Assembly: GCA_025340205.1 (NCBI GenBank)
Contig: CP006868.1
Span: forward strand, 480,001 to 512,000
DNA length: 32,000 nucleotides
Direction of reading: 5' to 3'
Origin: Ignicoccus pacificus DSM 13166
GTDB taxonomy: Archaea > Thermoproteota > Thermoprotei_A > Sulfolobales > Ignicoccaceae
Shown one piece after another: positions 27,056 through 32,000 of the stretch (positions are counted from its first letter, which is position 1; every line of letters begins with the position of its first letter). Under the pieces are notes generated by a model, which ran no database searches, had not been told where the DNA came from, and was given only the letters and a program-made list of their open reading frames with translations. Both the position numbers and the translations under genes were made by a program.

Positions 27056-27754
27056 TTAAAGTAGACTCAAGTTCAGCCAGCTCCTCAAGTTGCTCAATAC
27101 TACCTCTTTTACTCTCTCGGCGCTAATTCCCTTAACCTCAGCTATCTTTTGGATCTCCTCCCTTACCATTGATGGCTTGAGCGTTATTCCCCTGTACTTA
27201 TAGGGACCATCGCTTTCCGTCAAGATGGCCTTAAGAGGTGCTCTTTCCAGAACCCTCAAGTGCTTCTTCTGTATCTTTATAGCTGCGTTTATCCCTATGT
27301 AATAGCCTTGAGAGGTTATCTCTTCTATCAAGTCGAGGGGGCCGTTGTACCAGTGAAAGTAAGCTCTCTTGATATCGTATTTGAGAAGCAAGTCGAATAC
27401 CTCTCTCCAAGCGTCCAAAGCATGAAGGTTCATCGGAAGGTCATACTCCCTTGAAAGGTTCAAGAAGAACTCGAAGAACTTCCTCTCCCTTTCCCTGTTC
27501 TTAACGAAGCGATAGTCCAATCCCACCTCTCCTAAGCAGTGAGCGCTTTCTGCTAACTCCTCGATCTTCTTGAGGTCGCTTTCTCTGCTCTCCTCCACCT
27601 CCCAAGGGTGTATTCCAACGCACTTGAAAACTCCTTCGAGCTTCAAGGTCTTAATAGAGCTCTCCAAGTCGTCTGAGACGGCCACTATGAGAAAATCCTT
27701 CTCAATTAAGGAAGGATCTTCATGTAAGTGAACGTGGGCATCCACGTAGCTCAA
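27056..27754 (-). CDS. TatD-like metal-dependent hydrolase
   Basis: VDAHVHLHED, CLGEVGLDYRF, NLHALDA, AYFHWYNG, LTESDGPY: TatD/amidohydrolase motifs. Confidence 0.85.
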   Translation of the reverse strand: MSYVDAHVHLHEDPSLIEKDFLIVAVSDDLESSIKTLKLEGVFKCVGIHPWEVEESRESDLKKIEELAESAHCLGEVGLDYRFVKNRERERKFFEFFLNLSREYDLPMNLHALDAWREVFDLLLKYDIKRAYFHWYNGPLDLIEEITSQGYYIGINAAIKIQKKHLRVLERAPLKAILTESDGPYKYRGITLKPSMVREEIQKIAEVKGISAERVKEVVLSNLRSWLNLSLL

Positions 27755-28485
27755 AGGACTCCCTTTCCTGGTCCTACATCCTCTTGCTTAAGCTTACTCA
27801 TGCACAAGCTCAGTAACTCGTTCCTTTTCACTACATGAGTTGCTTCGACTTCTGTCCTTAGCTTATTGAGTCTGCTCATGTACTCACTTATTTCCTTGAG
27901 CTTGCCAGGATCTTTGTTCAAATAGGCAATGTTCCACATTTCGAGAGTATTCTGAAGGCGATCGAATATTTCCTTGAAGGCAACGGCGTAGGAAGAGACG
28001 TATTTCTCGAAGAGATCCAGATCCATCGGCTCTTCACAATTAGGGAAGTCGTTAACTAGCTCCTTGAAATCTTCTACTGCCTTCTCCAAAGAGTCTAACG
28101 CCTTCGGCATGTCCTCTATGACTTCCCCTCCTTCACTTCTAGACGCTAAGTCTTCTAAGACTGAGTGAAGCCTCCCGCCTATCCTCTCAAGCACCTCATA
28201 CGTTTGAGAAAATATTTGCTTATCCACCTCTCCGAACTTGCCAGCGTCAAACTCGCCCAACATGACCGGTATTATCCTGTCTCTTAGAAACGCAATATCC
28301 CTCATGTAAAATGTTAAAGGAACTTGAGACATCAGAAGGCCTACCTTAGGAGCCTCCTTCATCATCTCGACTATTCTAACTGCATGAAAGGTCTCAGTAG
28401 GAAACATACCTAGCACTTGATTGTTCTCCACAATCCTCGTGATGACAGTAGAGGGAACTTCATCGCGAAGTTCCTCGAACCTCAC
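27751..28485 (-). CDS. hypothetical helical protein (244 aa)
   Basis: ORF overlapping the downstream TatD-like gene by 4 nt; codon and composition style match flanking genes. Confidence 0.6.
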   Translation of the reverse strand: MRFEELRDEVPSTVITRIVENNQVLGMFPTETFHAVRIVEMMKEAPKVGLLMSQVPLTFYMRDIAFLRDRIIPVMLGEFDAGKFGEVDKQIFSQTYEVLERIGGRLHSVLEDLASRSEGGEVIEDMPKALDSLEKAVEDFKELVNDFPNCEEPMDLDLFEKYVSSYAVAFKEIFDRLQNTLEMWNIAYLNKDPGKLKEISEYMSRLNKLRTEVEATHVVKRNELLSLCMSKLKQEDVGPGKGVL

Positions 28486-28549
28486 GACCCTTCCCGAAAA
28501 GGTATACCTAGAGATCCCTAATAAATCTTCCTAAAAAGAGAAAAGATCG

Positions 28550-30085
28550 TTATTGTTCCTTCTGCTTCTTCCTCTCCGGCTTCTCCTCGGGGTTGATTCC
28601 AGCTAACCTTAGGGCGTAGTCCTCCATCTCCTCGAGCGGGTAGAACCTCCTCATCCAGATCCTCTGGGCCTCTGGGCTTCCGGCTCCGTGGACGCTCTCT
28701 ATTAGGAACTCCACGCTCAGGGTTAGGTTCTCTAAGAGCCTTAGGACCCTGTGCCTCCACTCGGCTGGGTACTCCGGTAGGCACTTGAGGTACTCTTGTA
28801 GGTACTTGCCTATCTTCTCGTGGATTAGGTCCTTGTAGCTGGGCAAGGTTCCGATTATTCCTCCGGCTATGTCGTGGCTCAGCCTAGCTATCTCGTAGGG
28901 GAACCTAGTTACCATCTGCTTGGTAACGTTGGCCATCATCTGGTCGACGTAGTAGGTTCCAGAGGCGGCCTTGTGGCCCTCCCAAGCGGCCGCTAGACCT
29001 CCGGCGTGCATTGCCTCGGCTAGGAATATCATCTCAGTTAGCTTCTCCCTTATGTGGCACTTGTTGGCTATGCCCATCTGCTTGGCTAGGTGGTAGGTTC
29101 CTCCAATGATGACGTCAGCCAGACCGGGCTTGCAGCCTCCGTAGGCTTGCCTGTGGTAGCTGGAGAATATCTCCACCAGTTCGGCGGCGAACTGATACTC
29201 CCTAAACATGAAGACCCTCTCCCAAGGTACGAAGACGTCGTCGAAGACCACTATAGCCTCAGCCGGGAAGACTCCGGGCAAGGCATCGACGTTGGGATCC
29301 TCGAACCTCCTGGTGTCGTTGGTATACCTTCCTACGATTAGAGTTACTCCTTCTGCATCTATTGGAACGGCAAAGGCTATGGCGAAGTCCTTGTCGGCCT
29401 CGGTCATAGCTCTGGTGGGCATCACTATCATTTCCTCGCTTGCTAGCACTCCAGTTATGTTCGCCTTAGCACCCCTAACGATTATTCCGTCGTCCCTTAC
29501 CTCTTTCACGTGGACGTAGACGTCCTTGTTAGGCTGCTGGTGAGGCCTAAGGGACCTCACTCCCTTAGCGTCGGTCATGACTCCAGCTAGGGCTATGTCC
29601 TCCTTCTGTACGTACTTGAGGAACTTGAGGAACCTCTCATAGTAGGTGCCGAAGTGCTCGAAGTGCTCCGGCTTCTCTCCCTTCTTCTCATACCACTTGT
29701 CGATGTCATAGGAGATAATGCTTATGGTGTTTATAGCGTCCCAGCCCACACATCTCTGGAAGCAGGAGCCGGCCTTGTGGGATAGCTTCCTGAAGTACTT
29801 TACCTTAATAGCTAGGTCCTTAGGAGACTGGTGAATGTGGTTGAACCTGTTTACCTCTTCATTGATGAACGGGGAGTAAGCCTTGGCTAGGTGCTCCCCC
29901 ATCTCCTCGTCGTAGAAGTCAGGGTCCCAAGGGGCCTTGTAGGTCCACTCGAAGGCCTTTACCGCTGGAAGGGTGAAGGGGTGCTTGGTGACGTCCTCCA
30001 CCTTCTCTCCTAGGACGTAGATCTCAGCTCTCCTGCTCCTCTCGCTGAGCGCTTTGATGTACTCTTCGGGCTTCCTTAGCCCCAT
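28550..30085 (-). CDS. abfD: 4-hydroxybutyryl-CoA dehydratase
   Basis: 511 aa with strong family resemblance. Fe-S/flavin active-site features: CFQRC (two Cys ligands), YHRQAYGGCK (His-x6-Cys-Lys), and ESVHGAGSPEAQR. Confidence 0.93.
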   Translation of the reverse strand: MGLRKPEEYIKALSERSRRAEIYVLGEKVEDVTKHPFTLPAVKAFEWTYKAPWDPDFYDEEMGEHLAKAYSPFINEEVNRFNHIHQSPKDLAIKVKYFRKLSHKAGSCFQRCVGWDAINTISIISYDIDKWYEKKGEKPEHFEHFGTYYERFLKFLKYVQKEDIALAGVMTDAKGVRSLRPHQQPNKDVYVHVKEVRDDGIIVRGAKANITGVLASEEMIVMPTRAMTEADKDFAIAFAVPIDAEGVTLIVGRYTNDTRRFEDPNVDALPGVFPAEAIVVFDDVFVPWERVFMFREYQFAAELVEIFSSYHRQAYGGCKPGLADVIIGGTYHLAKQMGIANKCHIREKLTEMIFLAEAMHAGGLAAAWEGHKAASGTYYVDQMMANVTKQMVTRFPYEIARLSHDIAGGIIGTLPSYKDLIHEKIGKYLQEYLKCLPEYPAEWRHRVLRLLENLTLSVEFLIESVHGAGSPEAQRIWMRRFYPLEEMEDYALRLAGINPEEKPERKKQKEQ

Positions 30086-30230
30086 TCCTATACACCGCTC
30101 TCCCCTTACCGTTGCGACAATTTATACCTATCTTTACAGTATTTACTCGTTTATATGGTAGGAGAGGGTTCCTACAAGAAGGTTCTCGAGTTAAGGCATT
30201 GAGAATAAAAAAGAGTATTATAAGAGCGGC

Positions 30231-32000
30231 TTAGCCTTGGTATAGCACCATCTTACATGTTAACGAGGTCAAGGATATGTTGATAGTGTTTACGTTGTTG
30301 GCTTCTCCGATCAGCGGGTTCTGCGCACAACTGCAGAAGCAATTTCCGGAGTTCTGAGAGTTGGTGGGCGAGGGGGCGATTTGCACGCTCGGAGAGTTAC
30401 AGTTGATACACTGTGCTCCTCCGATGAGCATGTAAAGATTACCTTGGTATTGTGCTAGAATGTCCCAACTTGTAGTTAGAGCAACGCTCATGTAATCACC
30501 GTTCCTGCTTACTGTTAAGTTACCTATGGGCAGCTTCTGCCACACCAGGTTGGTATCAGGAGCCTTAGGTATCTTAGGTCTGTTGAAGAGATCCATACCA
30601 CTCCACACGTCACTGAAGAGTCCAACTTGTTGATATCCCCTATCAGTTCCCTTGGCAGTACTCAAGATCACGAAACTGGCCCGCGAGCCGCTTGAAGTGC
30701 TTCCCTTGAAGCCTATAGTCATTGAGTCCAGACCTACTGCATCCGTCAAGTTGGCTCCCGGAAAGAGGAAGTCCGTTCTATCATATTGGAGCAAGAAGTC
30801 GCCGCTCTCGTAGAGTATTACGCCGAATCTACCTCTCATCCACGGCGAGTAGGTAGTGTTCGGATGACCTTCTTCGTCCCACCATATAGCGCTCCACTTC
30901 TGTCCGTGACTGTAACCGTACTGAGCCCACGTGGCCAGATGAGCCCCTTCCCAGCCGTAGTACTGCGCGGTAGTGTTCCTACTCATATCAAAGGGACTCT
31001 CGGCTATCGCGATAGTAGCATTGGCCCCTCCGTTGCTAAATACTAGCGAACCTATTCCGGGCGTGATGCTTACGTTGGTATAATTTATTCCATAGAGCTC
31101 AAAGCTGGGCAACTGCAACGAAGCATTGCTAGGCAGTATGGAGAGCGTCACCCATGGCCAGCTGTTGTTCACTGACGCACCACTCAAGCTGGAGTAGCTT
31201 AAGGTAGTAAGGGCTCCAACAGTTCCCGGCGGGATGTAGGTTCCATTCTCGCTGACTCCCCAGAGCTGATAATTCACGGAGGTCGGCGCCTCCCTTTCCC
31301 AAGGTGGTACGTCATAGGGATCCTTACTGGCAACGTATTCCAAATACATTCCGTTGGTTTTCACCCAACTATTATTAGCGAGGGCGATCAATTTCTGAGG
31401 ATCCTTGATGCTGGTCTTCGGAACTATTAATGTTATGTTATCAATGTATACGGCACCGGCAACGTTGCTACCCGTTGTAGCACTGAAGCCCATGAACCAG
31501 TACCTAGGAATGCTAAACCCAGCCGAACCAGCTGTAGTGTTAAGCACCAACTTTCCGTCTATGAACACCAATACCTTTCCTCCACAAGTAGCAGTACTTG
31601 TCTTGAATGAGAAATCGGTTAAGCTGGGTGAGCGGTCATAATAACAATTGCCGGCCCATGTCGGATCGACGTAAATGGTAACGCTGTGCCATTTGCCATC
31701 GTTGAGGATATTGGCTAAAGGCACGCCATGGTATCCTATGTGATTGTATGGCGAGTCTTTCACCAGAGCCACATGACTGCCGGTGTTCACTTGAAGACCC
31801 TTCTCCAAAGTTAAACCGGGTATGCTGCTGACGTTATTTAAGACGTAATCGAACTCAACGGCGTAACCTGGGCTGTAACCGGCCTTGGGTCCAGCTAGAA
31901 GACCTAGGGCGCTTCCACCCATAGGTCTTACCTCCCACACGCTACTCAAATTATTGGGTGCCATTGGGTAGAATCTCTTGTAAAAGAAGAAGGCAAAGCC
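30231..32000 (-). CDS. large surface/secreted protein with a LamG/concanavalin-like segment; 5' end outside window
   Basis: Frame stays open to base 32000 (GFAFFFYKRFYP upstream of the listed Met). Beta-rich, Ser/Thr/Asn/Gly-rich composition; SVTIYVDPTWAG...GKVLVFIDGKLVLNTTAG...AVYIDNITLIV resembles lectin/LamG domains; C-terminal CINC...CFCSC. Confidence 0.7.
   Translation of the reverse strand, partial: GFAFFFYKRFYPMAPNNLSSVWEVRPMGGSALGLLAGPKAGYSPGYAVEFDYVLNNVSSIPGLTLEKGLQVNTGSHVALVKDSPYNHIGYHGVPLANILNDGKWHSVTIYVDPTWAGNCYYDRSPSLTDFSFKTSTATCGGKVLVFIDGKLVLNTTAGSAGFSIPRYWFMGFSATTGSNVAGAVYIDNITLIVPKTSIKDPQKLIALANNSWVKTNGMYLEYVASKDPYDVPPWEREAPTSVNYQLWGVSENGTYIPPGTVGALTTLSYSSLSGASVNNSWPWVTLSILPSNASLQLPSFELYGINYTNVSITPGIGSLVFSNGGANATIAIAESPFDMSRNTTAQYYGWEGAHLATWAQYGYSHGQKWSAIWWDEEGHPNTTYSPWMRGRFGVILYESGDFLLQYDRTDFLFPGANLTDAVGLDSMTIGFKGSTSSGSRASFVILSTAKGTDRGYQQVGLFSDVWSGMDLFNRPKIPKAPDTNLVWQKLPIGNLTVSRNGDYMSVALTTSWDILAQYQGNLYMLIGGAQCINCNSPSVQIAPSPTNSQNSGNCFCSCAQNPLIGEANNVNTINISLTSLTCKMVLYQG

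Overview
The window reads as a chromosomal segment of a hyperthermophilic crenarchaeon. The best guess is an Ignicoccus-like member of Desulfurococcales: this is inferred from gene content and style (4-hydroxybutyryl-CoA dehydratase, a LeuA-fold Re-citrate-synthase-like enzyme, AglB, XPD, crenarchaeal-style TrpA), not from a database search. The left ~10.7 kb is accessory in character. It holds a five-gene minus-strand cassette with start/stop overlaps that runs off the window edge, a tRNA-Gly(GCC) 3' fragment with no 5' half nearby, a VapBC-type pair, a solo Cas3''-like HD protein, a nucleotidyltransferase/small-protein pair, a small protein with mirror-symmetric cysteine spacing, a C/D-box-like RNA candidate closed by a perfect 10-bp GC stem, another possible structured RNA, and an intact tRNA-Thr(GGT). 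The right ~21 kb is mostly conserved core genes: aglB, purB, pyrF, trpA, DUF1931, an ABC-class ATPase, a PaaK-like ligase, an XPD-like helicase, a TatD-like hydrolase, 4-hydroxybutyryl-CoA dehydratase and a large surface-type protein. Within it are a type II restriction-modification pair, two look-alike membrane-protein/wHTH gene pairs, a secreted Met-rich protein with many sequons, and a PaREP1/HEPN-like gene broken by two in-frame stops. No CRISPR array or rRNA was seen. All family names come from motif recognition by eye.
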